Below, piece by piece: positions 26,906-35,616 of a stretch of 46,915 bases of DNA. This stretch comes from Deferrisomatales bacterium (GTDB taxonomy: Bacteria > Desulfobacterota > Deferrisomatia > Deferrisomatales > JACRMM01), in assembly GCA_033551855.1 (NCBI GenBank), contig JAWSUI010000030.1, positions 1 through 46,915 of the forward strand, read 5' to 3'. Position 1 is the first letter of the stretch. Each line of letters opens with the position of its first letter. The position numbers and the translations under genes are program-made. The notes under the pieces are model-generated. The model was not told where the DNA came from. It worked only from the letters and a program-made list of their open reading frames with translations, and searched no databases.

Positions 26906-27877
26906 GTGTCGTCCGACGTGCCGGCCGCGGTGCTCCTGACCCTGGGGGGGGTGGTCCTACTGTACGGAGGCGCGGAGTCCCTGGTCCGGGGTAGTTCCGC
27001 CCTGGCCTTGCGTCTCGGCCTCTCCCCGCTACTCGTGGGGCTCACCGTGGTGGCCTTCGGCACCAGCAGCCCGGAGCTCGCGGTGAGCCTGCGCTCGGCC
27101 CTGGCGGGTCAAGGGGACATCGCCCTCGGCAACGTGGTGGGCTCCAACATCGCCAACGTGGCGCTGATCCTCGGTATTTGTGCTTTGGTGCGCCCCTTGC
27201 GGGTCCACGCACAGGTGATCCGGTGGGACGCGCCCCTCCTGCTCGCCTGCTCGGTGCTCCTGGTGGCCCTGCTGGCGGACGGGGTGCTGAGCCGGCCGGA
27301 GGGGGCTGGTCTCTTCGCGGGGGTCGTCGCGTACGTGGCGTGGGGTGTCGTGCCGTGCCGTGCCGTGCTCTCCCGCCGGGAGGCTTCTCCCTCCGTTCGG
27401 GACGAATTCGCCGAGGGCCTCCCCGCCGTTCCTCGGCGTGTGGGGGCGGAGGTTCTCCTGGTCGCCGTCGGACTGGGGCTGCTGGTGTTGGGGGGACGCC
27501 TCCTGGTCAGCGGCGCGGTCACCCTCGCCCGGGGCGTCGGGCTCAGCGAGGCGTTCATCGGGTTGACCGTGATCGCAGTGGGCACCAGCTTGCCGGAGTT
27601 GGCAACCTCGGTCGTCGCCGCCGTGCGGGGCGAGGCGGACCTGGCGGTGGGCAACGTAGTGGGCTCGAACCTCTTCAACCTGCTGGGCGTAGCCGGACTG
27701 GCGTCTTGGGTCCACCCGGTCGCGTTGGCGGGTGTCACGCGGGTCGATCTCTTCGTGATGGTCGCTGCCGCCGCCGCAGTCCTCCCGGTGGTGTGGACCG
27801 GCCACCGGGTGACCCGGACGGAAGGGGGCCTGCTTGCCCTGGGGTACTGCGCGTACGTGGGGTGGCTGCTCGTGTGA
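26906..27877 (+). CDS. Calcium/sodium antiporter (YrbG/CaCA family)
   Basis: Two alpha repeats GTSSPEL...GNVVGSNIAN and GTSLPEL...GNVVGSNLFN; alternative start GTG 26918. Confidence 0.93.
   Translation: MSSDVPAAVLLTLGGVVLLYGGAESLVRGSSALALRLGLSPLLVGLTVVAFGTSSPELAVSLRSALAGQGDIALGNVVGSNIANVALILGICALVRPLRVHAQVIRWDAPLLLACSVLLVALLADGVLSRPEGAGLFAGVVAYVAWGVVPCRAVLSRREASPSVRDEFAEGLPAVPRRVGAEVLLVAVGLGLLVLGGRLLVSGAVTLARGVGLSEAFIGLTVIAVGTSLPELATSVVAAVRGEADLAVGNVVGSNLFNLLGVAGLASWVHPVALAGVTRVDLFVMVAAAAAVLPVVWTGHRVTRTEGGLLALGYCAYVGWLLV
27349..27368. repeat. Pentanucleotide SSR (CGTGC)x4 inside the antiporter CDS
   Basis: Four exact units at 27349-27368. Confidence 0.9.
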
Positions 27878-28012
27878 CCCCTGCAAGCTTTCGGGCTCTT
27901 CCGGTGAAGGGCGGGTTGCCGTGCCCGAGGACGGCCGGTCGGTTCCGACGGCGCAGGCGGACGGCCGCGGCGGGGGGACGCGCCCGGTGCGGGGGAACGA
28001 GGAGGGACGACG

Positions 28013-28606
28013 GTGCGGAAGAGAACGTGTAGCCGAAGGGCGTTCCTGGCCGCGGGGGTCACGGCCCTGGCCGGCGCAGGCCCGGCCTGGGCCTCGTGCG
28101 CCCCCACGCCGCCCAACGCCGAGGGCCCCTTCTACCTGCCGGGCGCCCCGTTTCGGGACGTCCTTGCCCCGGACGATGAGCCCGGCGAGCGACTCGAGAT
28201 CCGGGGAAGGGTCCTGGGCGCGCCGGACTGCCGCCCCCTCGTCGGTGCGGTCCTCGACGTGTGGCACGCCAGCGCGGAGGGCTTCTACTACAACCTGGAG
28301 GGGCCCGCAGACCCGCAGTCCTACGGCCTCCGCGGGCGCGTGGCTGCAGACGGCGAGAGCGCGTATTCCCTCCGGACGGTCCTTCCGGGGCACTACCGGC
28401 TCACCCGGACCCGGTGGCGCCCGAGGCACCTCCACTTCCGCGTCTCTCACGCCGGGTACTCGACCCTGGTGACCCAGCTCTACTTCGCAGGCGACCCCCA
28501 CCTGGAAGGGGACCCTTTCGTCCTGCCGTCCCTGGTGATCCCCCTCGAACGGGCGCCGGGCGGCGGGCTGCAGGGCACCTTCGACGTCCACCTGGGCCGG
28601 GCGTGA
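28013..28606 (+). CDS. Intradiol ring-cleavage dioxygenase-like protein with Tat signal
   Basis: SRRAFL twin-arginine leader; EGPFY, DVWHA..EGFY and PGHY...RPRHLHF motifs. Confidence 0.85.
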   Translation: MRKRTCSRRAFLAAGVTALAGAGPAWASCAPTPPNAEGPFYLPGAPFRDVLAPDDEPGERLEIRGRVLGAPDCRPLVGAVLDVWHASAEGFYYNLEGPADPQSYGLRGRVAADGESAYSLRTVLPGHYRLTRTRWRPRHLHFRVSHAGYSTLVTQLYFAGDPHLEGDPFVLPSLVIPLERAPGGGLQGTFDVHLGRA

Positions 28607-28619
28607 GGCCGAGGGCGCC

Positions 28620-29756
28620 GTGAGAGCCAGAGCGCCGGGCCCCCGGGGCCGCACCGCCGGGGGCGTGAGTCCGCACCAGGAGCTTCACGAGCTCGTCCTG
28701 AGCAACATCTCCGACGCGGTGTTCATCACGGACGAGGTCGGCAGATTCACCTATATCTGCCCCAACGTGCACACGATCTTCGGATACCCCATCGGCGAGG
28801 TCACGGCGATGGGAAACATCCAGGGTGTCCTGGGGGACTTCGTCTTCGATCGGGCGCGGCTCGACGCCGAGGGGGAGTTGGCGAACCTGGAGCGCCAGGT
28901 GCGCGACAAGGGGGGGGACGAGCACGTGGTGCTCGTCAACGTGAAGCGGGTGCGCATCGAGGACGGTACCCTTCTCTTCACCTGCCGCGACGTCACCGAG
29001 CGAAAGAAGATGGAGGAGGCATTGAGGCGGAGCGAAAGCCGACTGCGGGAGCTCGGCCGCCAGTTGGTCTCCGCCCAAGAGGAGGAGCGCGCCCGGGTCT
29101 CTCGGGAGCTCCACGACGAGGCGGGGCAGTCGCTCACGGCCCTCAAGATCCAGCTGGAGCTGCTCCAGGCGGAGTTGCCCCCGGGGGTGCAGGAGCTGGG
29201 GGCGCGCCTGCGCGACGCCGTGGCCCTGGTGGAGTCCACGATGGACCGGGTGCGGTCGCTCGCCCAGGACCTGCGTCCACCTGCCCTCGACACTCTGGGG
29301 CTCAACCGTACCCTGGAGGGGTTCTGCCGCACCTTCGAGCGTCGCACGAAACTGCCCGTGGAGTACACCGGCGTGGAGTTCCCCCCTCTGCGCGACGCGT
29401 CGCAAGTCTGCCTCTACCGGTTTCTCCAGGAAGCCCTGACCAACGCGGTGAAGCACGCCCATGCGCGGCGGGTGCGGGTGCGGCTGGCGTGCGGGGAGGG
29501 GACGGCACGCCTTTCGGTCGAAGACGACGGGATCGGTTTCGACGTCGCCACGGTCCTGGGCGGGCCGGAAGGCATGGGGGGGCTGGGCCTGGCCGGCATG
29601 CGCGAGCGTCTGGAGCTGCTCGACGGCCGAATAGAGATCCGATCGGCCCTGGGCCTCGGCACTTCGATGGTGGCCGTGGTCCCCGCGGCAGTGGGGGGGG
29701 GGTCGCCGGAGGGGAGAGGGAGCCGCCTCGAGGCGAGAGAGGAGGGAGGCGCATGA
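28620..29756 (+). CDS. Cytoplasmic PAS-domain sensor histidine kinase (HisKA_3)
   Basis: PAS (ISDAVFITD..GRFTY...RDVTERK), QEEERARVSRELHDEAGQ, QEALTNAVKHA, DDGIGF and GLGLAGMRER; start may be GTG 28665. Confidence 0.92.
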   Translation: MRARAPGPRGRTAGGVSPHQELHELVLSNISDAVFITDEVGRFTYICPNVHTIFGYPIGEVTAMGNIQGVLGDFVFDRARLDAEGELANLERQVRDKGGDEHVVLVNVKRVRIEDGTLLFTCRDVTERKKMEEALRRSESRLRELGRQLVSAQEEERARVSRELHDEAGQSLTALKIQLELLQAELPPGVQELGARLRDAVALVESTMDRVRSLAQDLRPPALDTLGLNRTLEGFCRTFERRTKLPVEYTGVEFPPLRDASQVCLYRFLQEALTNAVKHAHARRVRVRLACGEGTARLSVEDDGIGFDVATVLGGPEGMGGLGLAGMRERLELLDGRIEIRSALGLGTSMVAVVPAAVGGGSPEGRGSRLEAREEGGA

Positions 29757-30406
29757 TCCGCGTCATCGTGGCGGACGACCACCACCTGGTCCGCCAGGGG
29801 ATCTGTGCACTGCTCGACAAGGCCCCGGACATGGAAGTGGTGGGGGAGGCCGAGGACGGGATGGCGGCGCTGGAGCTCGTCCGCCGGACGCCCCCCGACA
29901 TCCTCGTGCTGGACCTGGCCATGCCGCGCATGAACGGGATCCAGACCATCGAACGGGTGCAGGCGTTGGGGGGCCGCACCCGCGTCGTGGTGCTCTCCAT
30001 GTACTCGGACGAGACCCTGGTGCGACAGGCTATCCGGTCCGGCGCGGCCGGCTATCTGCTCAAGCGCTCGGTCACCGAGGAGCTGCTGTTGGCGATCCGG
30101 GCGGCCACCCGGGGGGAGACCTATCTCAGCCCGTCGGTCTCGCGCGTCCTGGTGGAGGCTGTCCGTCAGGAGGGGACGGGTCACAAGGGACAGGTCCTCC
30201 TGGACCGCCTCACCCCCCGGGAGCGCCAGGTCCTCCAACTCGTGGCCGAAGGGTGCTCGAACGGGGAGATCGGGAACACCCTGGGGGTGAGCAAGAAGAC
30301 CGTGGAGAAGCATCGGGGCAACCTGGTGGCGAAGCTGGGGGTCAAGGACCTCGCCAGCCTCATCCGCATCGCGCTCAAGCAGGGTGTGATCTTCCTGGAA
30401 GAGTAG
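29753..30406 (+). CDS. NarL/LuxR family response regulator
   Basis: IVADDHHLVRQG, LDLAMP and LTPRERQVLQLVAEG.SN.EI...L.VS.KTVEKHR; ATGA-coupled to the kinase. Confidence 0.95.
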   Translation: MIRVIVADDHHLVRQGICALLDKAPDMEVVGEAEDGMAALELVRRTPPDILVLDLAMPRMNGIQTIERVQALGGRTRVVVLSMYSDETLVRQAIRSGAAGYLLKRSVTEELLLAIRAATRGETYLSPSVSRVLVEAVRQEGTGHKGQVLLDRLTPRERQVLQLVAEGCSNGEIGNTLGVSKKTVEKHRGNLVAKLGVKDLASLIRIALKQGVIFLEE

Positions 30407-30561
30407 GGCGGCGCGGGGGATCGTGTGAGGGGGCGCGCAGGTACTAGGTGGGGCGGGTTTCTTGAAAAGGTAGGTAGTGCCCCCATACAAACCCTCCACA
30501 GCGGCGCGCGAAGCTAGCCGCCCTTCCCCCACCCGACGACCGCCACTCTGAAGGAGGTACC

Positions 30562-32151
30562 ATGAACCTGCGTCAACCCAACGGCAACGAGGCCACCAGT
30601 ACGTTCAACCGCTCTCGGGCCGTCGTGCCCATGTCGGGGATTTGCACGGCCTGCCTGGATGGGTGCAAAGGGGGGTGCGAGATCTGGCTCTCCAGCTTCC
30701 GTGGCCGGGAGGTGCTCTACCCGTCTCGATACGGAGAGGTCACCGCAGGAGCGGACAAGAATTACCCCGTCGACTACTCCCACCTCAATATCCAGGGGTA
30801 CGCCGTCGGTGCCGAGGGGCTTCCGGTCGGCACCGAGCCCGGGCCGGACACGGCGATCTTCCCGGCGGCGGACACCCAGACGTCGTACGGGTGGGACAAG
30901 AAGGTGAAGATGAAGGCCCCGGTCTTCACCGGTGCCCTGGGCTCCACCGACATTGCGCGGAAGAACTGGGAGCACTTCGCGGTGGGGGCCGCCATCGCCG
31001 GCGTGACCCTGGTGTGTGGCGAGAACGTGTGCGGTATCGATCCCCAGCTCGAGCTCGGGCCCGGCGGCAAGGTGAAGAGCTCGCCGGAGATGGACCGGCG
31101 GATCACCACGTATCGGCGTTTCCACGAGGGTTACGGCGAAATCCTGGTGCAGATGAACGTGGAGGACACCCGTCTGGGGGTGGCGGAGTACGTGCTGGAA
31201 AAACACGCCCTCGACACCATCGAGCTCAAGTGGGGGCAGGGGGCCAAGTGCATCGGCGGGGAGATCAAGGTCGATACCCTGGACCGGGCGGTGGAGCTGA
31301 AGCGGCGCGGTTACGTCGTGCTCCCGGACCCGACCCTGCACGAGAACGAGCGGGCGTTTCGGCACGGTGCTTTGCGGCAGTTCGAGCGCCACTCGCGTCT
31401 CGGGTTCGTGACCAAGGAGGGGTTCCTGGCGGAGGTCGAGCGGCTCCGGAAGCTGGGGTTCCAGCGAGTCACCCTGAAGACCGGTGCCTATTCCATGGTA
31501 GAGCTCGCTATGGCGCTGCGGTGGGCCTCGGAGGCCAGGATCGACCTCCTGACCATCGACGGTGCGCCCGGCGGCACCGGGATGAGCCCCTGGCCCATGA
31601 TGAACGAGTGGGGCATTCCCACCTTCTACCTCCAGTCGCTGGCCTACGACTTCGCCCAGAAGCTCGCGAACAAGGGCTTGCGGGTGCCCGACCTGGCCAT
31701 CGCCGGCGGGTTCGCGTCGGAGGACGGGGTGTTCAAGGCGCTTGCGGTGGGGGCCCCCCACTTCAAGGCCGTGTGCATGGGGCGCGCCCTCATGATCCCG
31801 GGCATGGTGGGGAAGAACATCGGTGAGTGGATCGCAAAGGGCGACCTGCCCAAGACCGTGTCCCAGTACGGCACCCAGGCGGACCAGATCTTCGTGGTGA
31901 TCGAGGACTTGCAGGACAAGTACGGTGCGGACATCAAGGACATCCCCTACGGTGCCATCGGGATGTACACCTACGCGGAGAAGCTCAAGACCGGTCTCCG
32001 CCAGCTCATGGCAGGCGCCCGGAAGTTTCGTCTGGACCTCCTGGACCGGAGCGATCTGATGGCCCTGACGGAAGAGGCCGCCAAGGTTTCCGGCATTCCC
32101 TACGTGATGGAAGCCCGGCGGGATGAGGCAGAGAGGGTGCTGCTCGGCTGA
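30562..32151 (+). CDS. Stand-alone FMN-binding glutamate synthase family protein
   Basis: N-terminal CTACLDGCKGGC, IELKWGQGAK.IGGE, IDGAPGGTGMSP, AGGF and MGRALMIPG; AAGGAGGT RBS. Confidence 0.88.
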   Translation: MNLRQPNGNEATSTFNRSRAVVPMSGICTACLDGCKGGCEIWLSSFRGREVLYPSRYGEVTAGADKNYPVDYSHLNIQGYAVGAEGLPVGTEPGPDTAIFPAADTQTSYGWDKKVKMKAPVFTGALGSTDIARKNWEHFAVGAAIAGVTLVCGENVCGIDPQLELGPGGKVKSSPEMDRRITTYRRFHEGYGEILVQMNVEDTRLGVAEYVLEKHALDTIELKWGQGAKCIGGEIKVDTLDRAVELKRRGYVVLPDPTLHENERAFRHGALRQFERHSRLGFVTKEGFLAEVERLRKLGFQRVTLKTGAYSMVELAMALRWASEARIDLLTIDGAPGGTGMSPWPMMNEWGIPTFYLQSLAYDFAQKLANKGLRVPDLAIAGGFASEDGVFKALAVGAPHFKAVCMGRALMIPGMVGKNIGEWIAKGDLPKTVSQYGTQADQIFVVIEDLQDKYGADIKDIPYGAIGMYTYAEKLKTGLRQLMAGARKFRLDLLDRSDLMALTEEAAKVSGIPYVMEARRDEAERVLLG

Positions 32152-32178
32152 AAGCCGTCGTTGGCGCCAGCGCATGGG

Positions 32179-32216
32179 GCGGGGGAGCGGGCGTGGGCCT
32201 GCTCCCCCGCTCTTTT
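32179..32216 (+). terminator. Rho-independent terminator
   Basis: GCGGGGGAGCGGGC-gtgg-GCCTGCTCCCCCGC stem followed by TCTTTT. Confidence 0.75.
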
Positions 32217-32345
32217 GGTGCGCCGGGGGCAGGCCCCGCAAGCCGCAGCGGGGGGAGCCCAGATTCCAAGGGGGCAGAACTTGACCTGCGAGCGGCTCTC
32301 GGGTTCTCATAGCGGGCCGCTTCGCGGCCGTGTACTGCTTTCCCG

Positions 32346-33428
32346 ATGGAGCGCTCCATGGAGCACCGTTCCCCGAGCGAGGAAGAGTGCCGCCCCGGCA
32401 ACGGGGTCAGCGGGCTTCTTCTCCCCGCGCTGCTGTGCGGGGGGATCGTCGCCATGGGTCTACTGAACCTGGGGTCCCGGAAGCCGGCTTCGTGGATGCA
32501 GCAGGTTCCCGTGCTCGCCGCGTCCCCGTCGGCGAGACCGGGTGTTTCCCTCCTCGTCTTCGAGAGCGACTCGGCCCGGGGCCTGTCAGCCGTCCTGGAC
32601 GCCGCGTGGTCCTCGCCCGGGGCCGGGGATGCGATCCCGAACCTGGCGCCCCTGCGGCTGCCCCCCGACATGGACGAGCTCGACAGGGAGGCCAAGAAGG
32701 ACGCCTTCTTTCGCGCTTTGGCCCCGCACGTCCTCGCCGCCAATCGAAAGATCCGCGCGGACCGGGCGCGCCTGCGCGACGTGCGCGAGCACGTGCGCGC
32801 CGGACGGAACCTGACGGCAGACCAGGAGGACTTCCTGGTCCGCCTCGCGGATCGCTACCGGGTCGGCGAAGGGGGGCAAGGGGAGCTCCTGGCCCGGGGC
32901 CCGGAGGGGCTGCTGGAGGAACTGTGGGGCCGGGCCGACGTCGTCCCGCCCAGCCTGGCCCTCGCCCAAGGGGCCATCGAGTCGGCTTGGGGGAGCTCGC
33001 GGTTCGCGAGGCTGGGAAACAGCCTGTTCGGGCAGTGGGTCTTCTCCGCGGACAAGGGCATGGCCCCCCTGTTTCGTGAGGAGGGCGCGAATTATTCCGT
33101 GGCCCGGTTCGTCGATATCGCTGAGGCCGTGGAGGCCTACATGCACAACCTCAACACCCTGTGGGCCTACGAGGAGTTTCGCGCGATTCGGAAGGGGATG
33201 CGGGAGACCGGGCAGCCTCTGGACCCCCGCGCCCTCGCGGAAGGGTTGCTGCTCTACTCCGTGCGTCGGGAGGAGTACGTGGAGGAGGTGCGTACGGTGG
33301 TGCGGGACAACCGGCTCGAGAGCTTCGACGGCCGTCGGCTGGCCCGGTTGGGAGAATCGGTGTGGAACACGGTGCTGGCGGAGTTGGAGGAGGTGCCGTC
33401 CTTTCGGGTCATCCTCCTGCCGGAGTGA
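32346..33428 (+). CDS. Glucosaminidase (Bax-like, GH73-type) membrane-anchored protein
   Basis: N-terminal TM; KKDAFF, VPPSLALAQGAIESAWGSSRFARLGNSLFGQW and YMHNLNT..AY..FR..R...YS.R.EEY. Confidence 0.85.
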   Translation: MERSMEHRSPSEEECRPGNGVSGLLLPALLCGGIVAMGLLNLGSRKPASWMQQVPVLAASPSARPGVSLLVFESDSARGLSAVLDAAWSSPGAGDAIPNLAPLRLPPDMDELDREAKKDAFFRALAPHVLAANRKIRADRARLRDVREHVRAGRNLTADQEDFLVRLADRYRVGEGGQGELLARGPEGLLEELWGRADVVPPSLALAQGAIESAWGSSRFARLGNSLFGQWVFSADKGMAPLFREEGANYSVARFVDIAEAVEAYMHNLNTLWAYEEFRAIRKGMRETGQPLDPRALAEGLLLYSVRREEYVEEVRTVVRDNRLESFDGRRLARLGESVWNTVLAELEEVPSFRVILLPE

Positions 33429-33498
33429 AAGGGGGAAACCCCCGGAAACCGGAGGCGCCGCGGATTCGCGGCTGCCCGTGACGGCTCTTCGCAGGTGT

Positions 33499-34683
33499 TC
33501 AGAGGTCGCCGCAGGGCAGAGGGCGGTCGGGGTCCAGGGGCAGGGCCTGGAGGGGCGCGTCCCGGGCCTGGACCAGGGCCTTGAAGGAATCCCCCATCCC
33601 CTGACCCGGCAGCAACAGCGGAGCCGCCGCCCGCCGGGCCTCCAGGGTTTCGCGCTCGCTCAGCCCCGACGTCTCCAAGCTCGCGAGCTCTTCGAGGATG
33701 CCGGTGGCGACCAGGAAGTCCCGCAGGGTCAGGAGCCGGGAGCTCCGGAGTCCCTCGCGGGCCCCGGCCTCGATCACCGCGGTGAAGTCCACGTGGGACG
33801 TGAGGTCCTGCTCCCCCGGATCGGCCAGGACGTGCTCCGAGGTGCGATGGGCCCGATAGGCCAGCAGGGTGCCCCGCGGGCGCTGGGGGCCGTAGAGCCG
33901 GGCCGCCTCGTCCCCGTAATCGATGGTGACGACGTAGCCTCGAGCGAGGGCAGCGCTCACCGCCCGGATCCAGGGGCCCACCCCCGGGTTGACCTCGGCC
34001 TCGCACCCTTCTGGCAGGTCCGCTCCGCCCCGGGTCCAACGGGCGAGCTCCGGTCGGCTGGGGGGCAGGAGCATCTCCACCAGGCGGGTGCCGTCCCAGG
34101 CAACGTGCACCTCCCACAGGCGGCCGCCCCGGCTGACGAGCCTGTGGACCGGGAACGCGTCGAGGAGCTCGTTGGAGAAGTAGAGGCCTTCCACAGGGGC
34201 CGCCGGGGGCCAGCGCACCAGACGGCCCCGGTGGGGGGCCCAGAGCTCTTCCTGGCGCCGGCGAAGGGCCGGGCTCGCCTCGTCGGGGGCGTACAGAAGA
34301 CGGCGGTAGAGCGAGGGGTGCCCGTCCCGGAGACCGTCCAGCATGTCCCGCGCCAGGCGGCCCTCCCCGGGTCCCCCCTCCGCGAGCACGAAGGGGGTGG
34401 GGTGCCCCAGCGCCACGTCCGCGGCGGTCACGAGGCGGCACAGGCATCGGGCGAAGAGACCCGTAAGATGGGGTGCCGTGGTGAAGTCGCCCCGGTCCTC
34501 CCCCACGCGGACCTTGCCCGAGGAGTAGTACCCGTGCTCGGGGTGGTAGAGGGCCCACCCCATGAACGTCGCGAAGGGGACCGGTCCGCCCTCGGTGATC
34601 CGGTCGGCGATCCAGCGCAGGAGGGGCTTCGGCAAGGGCAGACTCCGGCCAGGGGGGTCGGCGCAGGGGGCAGTCTCGATCAC
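33499..34683 (-). CDS. SAM-dependent methyltransferase, MidA/NDUFAF7 family
   Basis: GP.PFA.FM..ALYHPEHGYY, GDFTTAP, EGGPGEGRLA, SNELLDAFP, IDYG and PGEQDLTSHVDF. Confidence 0.9.
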   Translation of the reverse strand: MIETAPCADPPGRSLPLPKPLLRWIADRITEGGPVPFATFMGWALYHPEHGYYSSGKVRVGEDRGDFTTAPHLTGLFARCLCRLVTAADVALGHPTPFVLAEGGPGEGRLARDMLDGLRDGHPSLYRRLLYAPDEASPALRRRQEELWAPHRGRLVRWPPAAPVEGLYFSNELLDAFPVHRLVSRGGRLWEVHVAWDGTRLVEMLLPPSRPELARWTRGGADLPEGCEAEVNPGVGPWIRAVSAALARGYVVTIDYGDEAARLYGPQRPRGTLLAYRAHRTSEHVLADPGEQDLTSHVDFTAVIEAGAREGLRSSRLLTLRDFLVATGILEELASLETSGLSERETLEARRAAAPLLLPGQGMGDSFKALVQARDAPLQALPLDPDRPLPCGDL

Positions 34684-34802
34684 TTTGACCCGGGACGCAA
34701 TCCCGATCCCGGATCCACCGCCGCGTGTCGGGGGGGGTCGGGGACGCCTGGAGCCGTGACCCGCATCGGCCGAGGCGCAGAAACGGATCGGGTCCAGTCG
34801 AG

Positions 34803-34899
34803 CTCGGCGTACCGGGCCGCCTGGTGGGCACCGATTGGAACAGCCGCGGCGTTCGCGGCGAAACGCAGGGGCTCCCCGACCCCGCTCGCCGAGCAGGCG
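34803..34899 (+). repeat. Dispersed ~100 bp element, copy A (upstream of recR)
   Basis: Core GAAACGCAGGGGCTCCC (34860-34876) is identical to the reverse complement of 36878-36894, with colinear similarity on both sides. Confidence 0.75.
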
Positions 34900-34983
34900 G
34901 GAAATCCAGGGCGACGGGGCCTCCTTGAACCTCCCGGGGGGAATGCTGTACTTTCGCGTTTCGGACCCACGTCAGAGGCCGCC

Positions 34984-35577
34984 ATGTTTCCTCCCCCCAT
35001 CGCCAGACTCCTGATGGAGCTGCAGAAGTTGCCCGGCGTGGGCGAAAAGACAGCGGTACGGTTCGTGCTCCACGTGCTGCGGGCTCCCCCGGAGGACGCC
35101 CGTGCGCTGGCTGCCACCCTGACCGACGTGGTCGAGCGGATCCGACCCTGCTCGATCTGCTTTCAGCTCACGGAGGCCGACCCCTGCGACGTGTGCACCT
35201 CACCCCGTCGAGATGCCCGCCTCGTGTGCGTGGTGGAGGATCAGGCGAGCCTGATGGCGGTGGAGCGCACTCGCTCGTATTTCGGGCGGTACCACGTGCT
35301 CGGTGGGCACCTCTCGCCCATGGAGGGGGTGGGGCCGGAGGACCTGCGGATCCGGGAGCTCCTCGCCCGGGTGCGGGAGCACGGCGTGGAGGAAGTCATT
35401 CTGGCCACGAACCCGGACGTGGAGGGCGACGCGACCGCCCTTCTGGTCAAGCGGGCGCTGGATCCCCTCGGGCTCAAGGTGACACGGATCGCGCGGGGCG
35501 TTCCCATGGGGGGTGACCTGGAGTACGCAGATGCCCTCACGCTGGGGCGAGCCCTGGAGGGACGGGGGGCCTACTGA
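34984..35577 (+). CDS. recR: Recombination mediator RecR
   Basis: LPGVGEKTA.R, CSICFQLTEADPCDVC zinc finger, YHVLGG.LSP..G.GP and EVILATNP.VEG.AT...GGDLEYAD..TL. Confidence 0.97.
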   Translation: MFPPPIARLLMELQKLPGVGEKTAVRFVLHVLRAPPEDARALAATLTDVVERIRPCSICFQLTEADPCDVCTSPRRDARLVCVVEDQASLMAVERTRSYFGRYHVLGGHLSPMEGVGPEDLRIRELLARVREHGVEEVILATNPDVEGDATALLVKRALDPLGLKVTRIARGVPMGGDLEYADALTLGRALEGRGAY

Positions 35578-35616
35578 GCGGGGCGGCGCTCGGGGGCGCC
35601 ACGGGGGGACGGGGGG

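Noticed and set aside
34826..34880. c-di-GMP-I riboswitch reading of the duplicated element (GGGCA...ACGCA)
   Set aside because: It lacks the GGCAAA...GAAA...GACGCAAA arrangement
33076..34983. Apparent ~636-aa N-terminal extension of RecR
   Set aside because: It overlaps the glucosaminidase and runs antisense to the MidA gene; RecR homology starts at ATG 34984
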